Assembly: GCA_965221505.1 (NCBI GenBank)
Contig: CBDCSI010000001.1
Span: forward strand, 172,504-236,503
Reading direction: 5' to 3'
DNA from: Rhodobacterales bacterium
Lineage (GTDB): Bacteria; Pseudomonadota; Alphaproteobacteria; Rhodobacterales; CAZPXZ01
DNA length: 64,000 nucleotides
Shown here one piece after another: positions 55,459 through 64,000 of the stretch (the first letter of the stretch is position 1; each line of letters opens with the position of its first letter). Below the pieces are notes generated by a model that was given only the letters and a program-made list of their open reading frames with translations, made no database searches and was not told where the DNA came from. The translations under genes were made by a program, and so were the position numbers.

Positions 55459-58400
55459 TCAGCGGAATTGCCGCGCCATGGACCGCATTGTCCGGCGCAT
55501 TCCCGGCACGGACATCCCGTCGAGCAACCCGCTCAGATCCGTCATGCGCCGTGCGACGACATGGATGACTTCCCCCTGCCGCTGGAGCCGGCCGTGGACG
55601 AGAAGCAGGCGGGAGGCCACCGCCGCAGGCCGGTAGGCGTCCAGGACGTCCGGCCAGACGATCGCGTTGGCCGAGCCGGTTTCGTCCTCCAGGGTGACGA
55701 ACATCACGCCTCGCGCCGTGGCCGGACGCTGGCGCACGATCACCAGGCCCGCCACCCGGACCGGCGCGCCGTCGCGTAGGTCTCGCAACTCTCCGGCACG
55801 GGCGGTGCGCAGGAAATGCCGCGCCGTCTCGCCGTCTTCGCGGAGCAGGGCGAGCGGATGGCGCCGGAGGCTGAACCCGGTCGATACGTAGTCGGCCGCA
55901 ATTTCCTCGCCGGGTCCGGCCAGGGGCAGAAGGCAAGGCTCCTCCGCCTCTTCGGCCAGTTCGTCGAGTTCCGCCGCAAGTCCGCCGGACGGTTTCGCGG
56001 GGAGGAGCGCGGCGGCCCAGAGCGCTTCGCGCCGCGACAGGCCGACGGAGGCGAAGGCGTCCGCTTCGGCGAGCCGCTCCAGCGCCTTGCGTTGCAATCC
56101 GGCGCGACGCTGCAGCGCGGACAGGCTGCGGTAGCCGTTGCCGCGCGCCTTGGCGACGGCGTCCGCGTCCTCCCGCGTCATGCCGCGAATCTCCCGGAAT
56201 CCGATCCGGATCGCCATGGAGCCGTCGTCCGCCGGCTCGAGGGCCGAATCCCAGACGCTGCGGTTGACGTCGACGGCGCGGACCTCCACGCCGTGCTCCT
56301 TCGCGTCCCGGAGGATCTGGGCGGGCCGGTAGAACCCCATGGGCTGGCTGTTCAGGAGCGCACAGGCGAAGGCGGCGGGGTAATGGCGCTTGAGCCAGGC
56401 GGAGGCGTATACCAGCAGCGCGAAGGAGGCGGCGTGGCTTTCCGGGAAGCCGTAGTCGCTGAAGCCCTCGATCTGCCGAAAGCAGCGCTCGGCGAATTCC
56501 TGCGGATAGCCCCGCGCGGTCATGCCGCCGACGAATCGCCCGCGGAATTGTTCCAGCGCCCCGTGGCGCCGCCACGCGGCCATGGAGCGCCGCAGCCGGT
56601 CCGCCTCGTCGGGGGTGAATCCGGCCGCGACGATCGCGACCCGCATGGCCTGCTCCTGGAAGATCGGCACGCCGAGCGTCTTGTCGAGCACCTTGCGGAG
56701 TTCCTCGGAAGGGTAGGTCACCTTCTCCTCGCCGTTCCGGCGCCGGAGATAGGGGTGCACCATGTCGCCCTGGATGGGGCCGGGGCGCACGATCGCGACC
56801 TCGATGACCAGATCGTAGAATTGGCGCGGGCGGAGCCTCGGCAGCATCGACATCTGCGCCCGGCTCTCGACCTGGAACACGCCGACCGCATCCGCCTTGC
56901 AGAGCATGCGATAGACGGCGGGGTCCTCCGGCGGGAGCGAGGCGAGGGACAGCTTGCGCCCGTGGCTTTCCCGGATCAGGTCGAAGGACTTCCGGATGCA
57001 TCCCAGCATGCCGAGGCCGAGGACGTCGATCTTCAGGATGCCGAGCGCGTCGAGGTCGTCCTTGTCCCATTCCACGACCGTGCGGTCCTCCATCGCGGCG
57101 TTGGCGACGGGGCAGAGATTGTGCAGCGGCCGCCGGGTGATCACGAAGCCGCCCGGATGCTGGGAGAGATGCCGGGGGAAGCCGGCGAGTTCCCGGGCGA
57201 GGCGCAGCGTCAGGGAAATGCGCCGGTCGCGCGGATCGAGGCCGGCTTCGCGCAGGCTGGCTTCCGAGAAGGGATCCTCCCGCCGGAAATTCGCCGCGCG
57301 CGAGAGCGTGGCGAGGACGTCCTCGCCGAGACCCAGCGTCTTGCCTACGTCCCGGAACGCGCTGCGCGCCCGGTAGGTGATCACGGTGGCGGCGAGGGCG
57401 GCGTGCTCGCGCCCGTATTTCCGGTAGACGTGCTGGATGACTTCCTCGCGCCGCTCGTGCTCGAAATCGACGTCGATGTCGGGAGGTTCCTTGCGTCCGC
57501 GGGAGACGAAGCGCTCGAACAGGAGATCGAATCGCGCCGGATCGACCGCGGTGACGCCGAGGCAGTAACAGATGGCGGAGTTGGCTGCGGAACCCCGTCC
57601 CTGGCACAGGATGCCGCGGCTCCGGGCGAACCGCACGATGTTGTGGACCGTGAGAAAGTAGGGAGCGAAGCCGAGTTCGGCGACCAGCGCGAGTTCCTGC
57701 TCGACCTGGGCGCGGACGTTCGCCGGCATGCCGCCCGGGTAGCGCGACCGCGCGCCTGCGTAGGCCTCCCGGCGCAGGGCCTCGTCGGGAGACTCGCCCG
57801 GAGTGGGGTCGACGGGATATTCGTAGGCCAGGTCGTCGAGGGAGAAGGCGAGGCGCTCCGCGATCTCGACGCTTTGCGCCACGGCTTCGGGAAAGGCGGC
57901 GAAGAGGCGCTTCATCTCCGACGCGGACCGGAGGTGGCGTTCCGCGTTGGCGAACAGCCGGAATCCGGCTTCGTCGAGGGTGACGCCTTCGCGGATGCAG
58001 GTCAGCGCGTCCTGGAGCGGACGCCGTCCCGGGTCGTGGTAATGCACGTCTCCGGTAGCGACCAGCGGCGCGCCGATGCGCCGGGCGAGGCGGTCGAGCC
58101 ACGCGAGCCGCTCCGAATCGTCTCCCCGGTACAGATAATGGCCGGCCACATGGGCCCGGCCGGGGAAGAGTTCCGCCAGCCGGGTCGCGAAGGCCCGGAA
58201 GCCCTCGGCGTTCTCCCGGAGCGGATCCGGCGGCAGGGCGACGGCGATCTGGCCTTCGGCATGGGCCGGAAGGTCGTCGAGGGAGAGTCGGCATTCGTTC
58301 TTGGCGCCGCGCAGCTTGCCGAGCGTGAGCAGCTTCGAAAGCCTCTCCCAGGCGGGCCGGTCCGACGGAAGGCAGAGCAGGGCGCCGCCGCATGCGAGAT

Positions 58401-58620
58401 CCAGCCTCGCTCCCGGCAGCAGGCGGACCTTCGCCTTCTGCGCCGCGGAATGCGCGCGGACCAGCCCGGCGACCGTGCTGCGGTCGGTGACGGCGATGGC
58501 CCGGTGGCCCAGCTCGGCCGCGCGTTCGACCAGTTCCTCCGGGTGCGAACTGCCGCGCAGGAAAGAGAAGTTGCTCGACGCCTGAAGCTCGACGTAGTCC
58601 GGCTCCTGCGCCTGCGTCAT
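55459..58620 (-). CDS. dnaE2: error-prone DNA polymerase (DnaE2/ImuC)
   Basis: ATG 58620 overlaps the imuB stop (ATGA). The N-terminal PHP domain reads YVELQASSNFSFLRGSSHPEELV. The product is 1053 aa. Confidence 0.95.
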   Translation of the reverse strand: MTQAQEPDYVELQASSNFSFLRGSSHPEELVERAAELGHRAIAVTDRSTVAGLVRAHSAAQKAKVRLLPGARLDLACGGALLCLPSDRPAWERLSKLLTLGKLRGAKNECRLSLDDLPAHAEGQIAVALPPDPLRENAEGFRAFATRLAELFPGRAHVAGHYLYRGDDSERLAWLDRLARRIGAPLVATGDVHYHDPGRRPLQDALTCIREGVTLDEAGFRLFANAERHLRSASEMKRLFAAFPEAVAQSVEIAERLAFSLDDLAYEYPVDPTPGESPDEALRREAYAGARSRYPGGMPANVRAQVEQELALVAELGFAPYFLTVHNIVRFARSRGILCQGRGSAANSAICYCLGVTAVDPARFDLLFERFVSRGRKEPPDIDVDFEHERREEVIQHVYRKYGREHAALAATVITYRARSAFRDVGKTLGLGEDVLATLSRAANFRREDPFSEASLREAGLDPRDRRISLTLRLARELAGFPRHLSQHPGGFVITRRPLHNLCPVANAAMEDRTVVEWDKDDLDALGILKIDVLGLGMLGCIRKSFDLIRESHGRKLSLASLPPEDPAVYRMLCKADAVGVFQVESRAQMSMLPRLRPRQFYDLVIEVAIVRPGPIQGDMVHPYLRRRNGEEKVTYPSEELRKVLDKTLGVPIFQEQAMRVAIVAAGFTPDEADRLRRSMAAWRRHGALEQFRGRFVGGMTARGYPQEFAERCFRQIEGFSDYGFPESHAASFALLVYASAWLKRHYPAAFACALLNSQPMGFYRPAQILRDAKEHGVEVRAVDVNRSVWDSALEPADDGSMAIRIGFREIRGMTREDADAVAKARGNGYRSLSALQRRAGLQRKALERLAEADAFASVGLSRREALWAAALLPAKPSGGLAAELDELAEEAEEPCLLPLAGPGEEIAADYVSTGFSLRRHPLALLREDGETARHFLRTARAGELRDLRDGAPVRVAGLVIVRQRPATARGVMFVTLEDETGSANAIVWPDVLDAYRPAAVASRLLLVHGRLQRQGEVIHVVARRMTDLSGLLDGMSVPGMRRTMRSMARQFR

Positions 58621-60155
58621 CCGAACAGGCCCTCGAGGCGCCATCGGCCGTCTCGCGAGTCGCGTGCGAGCCAGAATCGCCGGCCGGCGGTGTCCTCCAC
58701 GCGGAACCGGTCGCAGGAGCGTTCGGCGGTCTTGCGCCACCAGGGCGCGGCGATGCGCTCGGCTTCTCCGGCATGGGCGATTTCCCAGAGTTTGCCCCGC
58801 CAGACGAAGGAGCGCGGCGGCCTCGCCGACTCCGCGGACGCCGTATCCGCGGGCCGGACCGGCTCCGGGGGCGCGAGGAGCCGCAGGGGGCGCTCCGGCG
58901 TTCCCGGCCAGTCCTCCGGTTCGGGAACGCCGTCGGGAGTGTCGGCGGCGGCGACGGGGAGGACCTGCTCCTGCGGGGAGTGGGACGGGCGGAGCATGGT
59001 CCACACGACGTTCTCGCGGCCGAGGCGGCCGGCGAGCCGGTCGATCAGGCCGGAGCAGTCCCCTCCCGCGCCGCCCCGCATCGCGGCGCCGCCGGCGGGA
59101 AAGGCCAGGGCCGTGCCGTCATGGGGTTCGGTTTCGACGGCGTGAAGCCGCATTCGCTCGATGCCGAGGCCGGGGTCGACCCGCTCGATCCGCGGCGCGA
59201 ACAGGCTGCCGATGTGGGTCGGGTCGCGGGTGGGCCGGGAGGTGCCGATCTCGATCCGCTCGCGGCTGCCGTCGAGGCGCAGAACGGAGAGCCGGAGCCG
59301 GCGGGCGCCGAGCCGTTCGTTCCGGAGGCGCCGGGAGAGGCGCATGAGAAGAACGCCGAGACTCGCCTGCACCCCGTCGCGGACGGCAAGCGCCGGAAGG
59401 AAGTCCATCTCCGCGGCCACGGGGGCGTTCCAGGGCAGGGTCCGGACCGGCTCCGGGCGCCGCCCCATGGCCTGGTCGAGGCGCTCCAGGACCGGATCTC
59501 CGAAACGCGAGGCGAGGGAGGCGCGCGGAACGTCGGCGAGGGCGCCGACGGTGGCCAGGCCGAGCCGCTGCAGCTTCAGCGCCGTGTCCGGGGGCAGCCG
59601 GAGCGCCGCGACCGGGAGCGGACGGAGGACGCGCTCCTGGGAACGGGGGGCCAGGATCGGGGCGCCGGGGTCGCCGGCGAGCGACCAGGCCCATGCCGCG
59701 CCGGGAGTGTCGGCCAGGGCAAGGCGGGCCGTCAGCTGCCGGTCGGCGAGACAGCCGGCGACCGACTGCAGGAGTCCCGCTTCCCCGCCGAAGAGATGGC
59801 AGCAGCCGGTGACGTCGAGAAAGAGGCCCCCCGTCGCGGGCGGCGCCGTCGGGTCCAGGCCGGCCCAGGGGGTGAAACGCCGGCAGCGCCGGGCCAGCGC
59901 TTCGAGGAATTGGGCGTCTTCCGCCGGATCCAGCGCCACGGCCGCGATCCCGGGCAGGACGGCGCGGGCGTCGGCGAGAGGCTGGCCGGGTTTGACGCCG
60001 TCGCGGGCGGCCGTGCGGTTGAGGGCGAGAACGCAGAGCTTGCCGCGCTGCGAACCGACGACGGCGAGAGGGCGGTTCCGCAGTTCGGGCCGGGCCGGGA
60101 TCAGGCGGTCCAGGCCGGGATGGGGCATGCGGACGTGCAGGATGCGTCGGCGCAT
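58617..60155 (-). CDS. imuB: ImuB, Y-family polymerase-like protein of the mutagenesis cassette
   Basis: ATG 60155. A Y-family-like N-terminus lies between imuA and dnaE2. The upstream part of ORF 58617..60935 overlaps imuA in another frame. Confidence 0.9.
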   Translation of the reverse strand: MRRRILHVRMPHPGLDRLIPARPELRNRPLAVVGSQRGKLCVLALNRTAARDGVKPGQPLADARAVLPGIAAVALDPAEDAQFLEALARRCRRFTPWAGLDPTAPPATGGLFLDVTGCCHLFGGEAGLLQSVAGCLADRQLTARLALADTPGAAWAWSLAGDPGAPILAPRSQERVLRPLPVAALRLPPDTALKLQRLGLATVGALADVPRASLASRFGDPVLERLDQAMGRRPEPVRTLPWNAPVAAEMDFLPALAVRDGVQASLGVLLMRLSRRLRNERLGARRLRLSVLRLDGSRERIEIGTSRPTRDPTHIGSLFAPRIERVDPGLGIERMRLHAVETEPHDGTALAFPAGGAAMRGGAGGDCSGLIDRLAGRLGRENVVWTMLRPSHSPQEQVLPVAAADTPDGVPEPEDWPGTPERPLRLLAPPEPVRPADTASAESARPPRSFVWRGKLWEIAHAGEAERIAAPWWRKTAERSCDRFRVEDTAGRRFWLARDSRDGRWRLEGLFG

Positions 60156-60160
60156 GGGGT

Positions 60161-60847
60161 TCACGCGGTCTGCGCGACGGCGTGGGGCGCTTCCGCGAGG
60201 CGGATGCGGCGGAGGCCGGCATGGAAGTCCACGAGCCATTCCCGGGGAGCGGAGCTGCGGTGGCGCAGGAGCGTGAGACGCCAGCGCGGCCCGTTCCCGG
60301 CGGAGGGCCGGGAGGCTGCGAGCCAGCGGGTCGCCGCGGCGCTGGCGGGGAGGGGATCCCGAAACGGGCGCAGCAGCAGAAGCGGGCGCATTTGGCGGCG
60401 GGCGGCGAGTTGCAGGCGCCGCGTCTCGGCGAATCCCGGCGGCTCCACGCTCCCGGCGGCTGCGGCGAGGCCGGAGTCCCGGAGGCCCTCCTCCAGGGCC
60501 CAGAGGGTTTCGTGAGCGTTGCGGCAGCGGGCGAGGAGAAGCCGGTTCGGCGGGCAACCGTAACGAGCCAGGCCGGGCGGAAAGAGGTCCGTTCCGCAAT
60601 CCGCCCAGAGCAGGGGGCCGGGGTCGTGAGCGAGGAACCGTCCCGCGACGAAGGCGAGGAAGGCGAGCGCGGCCGCGTCGGCCGGATTCGGACACAGGAA
60701 CTCGTGCAGGGCGCCGCGCGCCATGCCGCCGGACAGCGCGGCGTCGATCTCGGGAGTTCCGAGCGGGACGAGACTGTCCGCTTCGGCCTGTCCCTGGACC
60801 TGGCCGATTCGGCGGCGGAGCGCGATAATGGATTCGTCGGAGGACAT
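60161..60847 (-). CDS. imuA: ImuA, RecA/SulA-like protein of the mutagenesis cassette
   Basis: ATG 60847 (MSSDESIIALRRRI...). The conserved GGMARGALHEF block is present. An SOS box lies 14-28 nt upstream. Confidence 0.85.
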   Translation of the reverse strand: MSSDESIIALRRRIGQVQGQAEADSLVPLGTPEIDAALSGGMARGALHEFLCPNPADAAALAFLAFVAGRFLAHDPGPLLWADCGTDLFPPGLARYGCPPNRLLLARCRNAHETLWALEEGLRDSGLAAAAGSVEPPGFAETRRLQLAARRQMRPLLLLRPFRDPLPASAAATRWLAASRPSAGNGPRWRLTLLRHRSSAPREWLVDFHAGLRRIRLAEAPHAVAQTA

Positions 60848-60860
60848 GCGTCGGAATATA

Positions 60861-60875
60861 GAACAAAATGCGAAC
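60861..60875 (-). promoter_or_regulatory. alphaproteobacterial LexA (SOS) box GAAC-N7-GAAC
   Basis: gaacaaaatgcgaac is read directly from the sequence. It sits just upstream of the imuA start in an AT-rich patch. Confidence 0.8.
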
Positions 60876-62042
60876 ATTGCGCAAACACAAGGTTGGCGAC
60901 GCGCTGCCGAATCGGGAAAATCTTCGTTCTGCCAATGAGTTAGGACAGAAATCGGCAGATTGGCCGGTCGGGCGGCGTCATCCGTTCGGACCGGCGGCTT
61001 CGCATCCGGCGGAGCGTGCCTTCGCGGCGCTGCAAGGCGTCCCTGGAGAGCGGGATTTACGTTCTGCGATACGGAACGCCAACCGGTAGCCCGCGTGCCC
61101 GTCTCGACCGTCTGCGGCAGTGCGAGTTCCGGTGTCGGTCGGCCGCTTCGCCGGGAGCGACCTACGCCGGTTCGGATTCGGTCGCGAACGAGCCGTCACG
61201 GTCGAAAAGGCGGGAGGGGGGCCGCAGGCGGGCCCGACCCGCGTCGCGTTTTCGAAACGGTTGCGGTCCGTCGCGCCGTGGCGTGCGCGTTCCTGGCGCT
61301 TGCGTCGGGGAGCCCCGGGGAACGGGCCGGCGGCATCGTCCGGCGGCACCGACGACGGGGGCCTCGTTGCGGCCGGGACGGAGCGGGCCGATGGGGGGCG
61401 GTGCCGGGCGGCGGCCCTTTCCCGCCAGGCTCGACAGGGCGCGAGGATTCCACGATCGCGATTCGACGAAGGAGGCGCGAGACCCGGACCGTATGACGCG
61501 TGCAGGGAGTGCCGCCTGCGCTGTCGGCAGGCTCCGGGGCGGCGAGGATTCGCTTCGAACGGGCGGCACCCCGGGCGGGTTTCGCCATCGGGGATGCCGC
61601 TCCCGTCTCCGTGCCTCAAGGCGGGAGTCCGGGGAAGCGGAGCGGTTCTCGGGTTCTGCGGGATCCGTCTCCCGTAGTCGGGAGCCGAGAGTTGCGCCGG
61701 GGCAAGCGACCGGGCGACATGGGCTGCGCTCGACCGTGGCAAACGCCGATGCCCGAGTCGCCCTTCCGTGCGATGGGCGCCCCCTCCAGACCGAGCGGTT
61801 CCGGAAGTGCCGGACGATCGGTCGGCATGCGTTATGCCGGAGACGGCCGGTGCAGCGAGCGGAGCGCGGATGCCGAGAACGAGGAAACGACCGACGACGT
61901 CCCCGAGGAGAGACGTCAAGGCAACCCATGGCCATATTGTCCGTTTGACTCGCCAGAATCGCGCCGAGTGTGGGGCTGGATTGAAGGCTACGATGAAGTC
62001 AGGGACCGACGCCGGTTCCAATCTTGATCAGGAGGAAGCGAC

Positions 62043-63089
62043 ATGAGACGATTCGCTAGATCCGCACTGGCTTGCTCGCTGGTTGCGTACGTTGCGCTCG
62101 GTCTGTCGAACGCCCAGGCTCTCGTGACCGCAGAGACAAATGGCGTGGGCAACACGAGCGACGTTCCCCTCGTTCTTCCGAATGAACTGCTGCGCATCGG
62201 TATCTTCGTTGCGGGTGTAGACAGAACGTACGTCCAGGACATGGCGAAGGAAGCGGAATCGATCGAGAGCCGGAGCGAATACGAGATCGAGATCTTCGAC
62301 GCGGGGGATAGCGCGACTCTCCAGAGAGCCCAGCTTCGGGATGCACTCGTCAACCGGAATTTCAACGCTTGGTACGTCGTTCCCGTCGACCACGCCCGAT
62401 TGTGCGACGTTCTCGCGGACGAAGTGACGGCAGCCGGAATTCTCGCGATGACCTCCGTGACCGCTACCTGCGCGGGCGTCGGGCTCCGGTCCGAACCCGA
62501 ATCCTTTCCCATATACTTCGATTCGGATGCGCATGGCATCTTGGACGAACTCTGGCGACGGAGTTTGGAAATCGCCAAGAATCCCGCATTGGCCGAAGTT
62601 CCGTCCCGATGGGTCGCCATAGGCAATCCCGACTTGCTGGACGAAGTACTGGAAGGTCTCAAGACCTTTGGGCCTCCGCAAATCCGGAGAGCCGCGACAC
62701 GGGCGGAAGCGCTCTTGATCAGCGATTCGACGGATGACGAACCCGATCGTGCGGAAGTGTACACGAAGGCCGAACTTGTCGCATATTTCCAAAACGTTAC
62801 CGTCGGAGATCTGGTCGTCCTATCCAGCCCGGAAGCCGCCCCGATCACCGTAAGCGCGCTGGAGAGCGCAGGACGCGACGGACTCCCGGGCGATGACCCT
62901 GCTTCCGGTGGTGGAGACGAACCGGGGCCGCCGATCGCGGGCCAGGAACGGCCCTCTACCAGTCTGACGCCTGCGGAGTTGGTCAGGGGGGCGATCGACG
63001 CGCTGATCCATTCATGGGAGACGGCGTTCGATACTCGAGCTCGAATTCCGGAGAGCGATTTCCCCTTCCATGAGGGTCATAGTCTGTGA
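62043..63089 (+). CDS. hypothetical secreted protein, N-terminal half resembling a type I periplasmic binding fold
   Basis: AGGAGG lies 7 nt before ATG 62043. It has a signal peptide ending in ...SNAQA. The IGIFVAGVDRTYVQDM...FDAGDSATLQRAQLRDAL...VVPVD pattern resembles RbsB-type binding proteins. GC is lower than the flanks. Confidence 0.6.
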   Translation: MRRFARSALACSLVAYVALGLSNAQALVTAETNGVGNTSDVPLVLPNELLRIGIFVAGVDRTYVQDMAKEAESIESRSEYEIEIFDAGDSATLQRAQLRDALVNRNFNAWYVVPVDHARLCDVLADEVTAAGILAMTSVTATCAGVGLRSEPESFPIYFDSDAHGILDELWRRSLEIAKNPALAEVPSRWVAIGNPDLLDEVLEGLKTFGPPQIRRAATRAEALLISDSTDDEPDRAEVYTKAELVAYFQNVTVGDLVVLSSPEAAPITVSALESAGRDGLPGDDPASGGGDEPGPPIAGQERPSTSLTPAELVRGAIDALIHSWETAFDTRARIPESDFPFHEGHSL

Positions 63090-63520
63090 TCGGGTGCGGC
63101 ACACAGTTGTGACAGCGCCGTCCTGTGCTGAATTGGCCATGCCGGAGACCGCACAGTTCAGCCTGTTCTCGCGTTCTCCGCGAAGCGCGAGACGACCGGG
63201 GGAATACGCTGCGCAGAAACGCGAATTGACTGTGCAGCGATGGGAACGAGGACGAAGAGAGCGACGGGACGATCGACAAAGCGATTCCTGCGTCAGGACC
63301 GACGCCGTGGCGCATCGGGATCGCGTTGCCGACTTGCGTCAGAATTCCGCAATGCGCGAATGCGTCCGATCAGGATGGCAAGGGCCTGCAGGAAGGGAAA
63401 TTCGGGATCCGACCCCTCACCGGGAAAACCGCGTCACTTCCCTTCCTCGCCCACGACTGCAAGACGAACGCGAATCTATTCGACGTTGCCTGTCGGAATT
63501 CTCCCGTTCCCGTCATCCGG

Positions 63521-63802
63521 CTACTCGTTGCCGGCGCGAAACGCTTCCAACTCCGCCTTGCGGTAGAATACCACAGGAGGCACCCCAAGCGCCTGGGCGA
63601 TCAAGAGCAGGGTTTCGTCGCTGGGAGTCGTCTCGTTGCGCTCTGTTCGGCCAATTGTCGCCACTGAAATCCCGTGGCTTCCAGATCTCTTGCGGTTGTC
63701 GATCAGGTCAATTTCCCGGGTCAGCTCCTCTTGCGTTAGACCCCGGCGTTTTCTCGCTTTCCGGATCAGGCTTCCGTCCGGTCGTGGCATTTTGATTGAC
63801 AC
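63521..63802 (-). CDS. XRE-family helix-turn-helix transcriptional regulator
   Basis: GTG 63802 lies 6 nt after GGAGGA. The HTH is LIRKARKRRGLTQEELTREI...VATIGRTERNETTPSDETLLLIAQALGV. Confidence 0.85.
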   Translation of the reverse strand: MSIKMPRPDGSLIRKARKRRGLTQEELTREIDLIDNRKRSGSHGISVATIGRTERNETTPSDETLLLIAQALGVPPVVFYRKAELEAFRAGNE

Positions 63803-64000
63803 GGGAATCCTCCATTTGTTCAGGCTACAACTTGTATTTCGCTACGTATCCGCGCGACTTCGAAGCAAGCGTGCGAAGGCTCGGTCTGCGTAGCGCGCAT
63901 CGGCTCGCGACCTAGAGGGGGTAACAGTGGACACCGTACGCACTGGCGTCCATTGACGGCAGAATCGACTCGAACATCAAGTCGATAATTCCTCCGGGCG

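Noticed and set aside
61324-61337. Short shared string (ggccggcggcatcg) between the 61-kb unassigned block and the 263-bp repeat, hinting at dispersed degenerate copies.
   Set aside because: A 14-nt GC-only match can arise by chance at this composition. I could not extend the alignment convincingly by eye. A computed alignment is needed.
63912-63977. 21-codon minus-strand ORF with an upstream GGAGGA near the window end, a possible small toxin or leader upstream of the XRE gene.
   Set aside because: It is too short to assess, shows no conservation evidence and is truncated by the window edge.

Overview
High-GC (about two-thirds G+C by eye) proteobacterial chromosome segment. The GAAC-N7-GAAC SOS box, the imuA-imuB-dnaE2 cassette and the many TRAP/ABC catabolic operons fit an alphaproteobacterium (inference; no database search was possible). 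All calls rest on motifs read from the ORF-track proteins, start-codon/SD inspection and stop/start overlaps. I call about 55 CDSs and one tRNA-Leu(CAG).

Ordinary content:
- sugar ABC importer plus a ketose 3-epimerase (2-4243)
- TRAP transporter next to a LacI-controlled catabolic operon with a MocD/MocE-like oxygenase pair (7163-15935)
- ribA-like gene, L,D-transpeptidase, gltBD
- uppP, rnd, kdsD-lptCAB
- xanthine-dehydrogenase-family operon
- second sugar ABC importer
- Liv-type transporter with cyclase and amidase genes
- SOS mutagenesis cassette

Non-ordinary content:
1. A lower-GC islet (4994-6768) holds a translationally coupled ABC/AAA15-21-type ATPase and a Toprim-like protein. This resembles PARIS/AbiL/split-OLD anti-phage modules and is my best candidate for an uncharacterised system.
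2. About 4.2 tandem copies of a 263-bp non-coding unit lie upstream of gltD (24639-25745), with paired 8-mers and conserved hairpins.
3. A solitary AlbA_2/Schlafen-type ATPase-wHTH gene flanks that array.
4. A lower-GC islet (41006-42763) carries an internally duplicated protein, a gene split at a T6 run and a coupled tail-anchored protein.
5. Several 1.1-1.5 kb stretches have no convincing gene.

Many very long ORFs in the track are GC-driven artefacts and were rejected.
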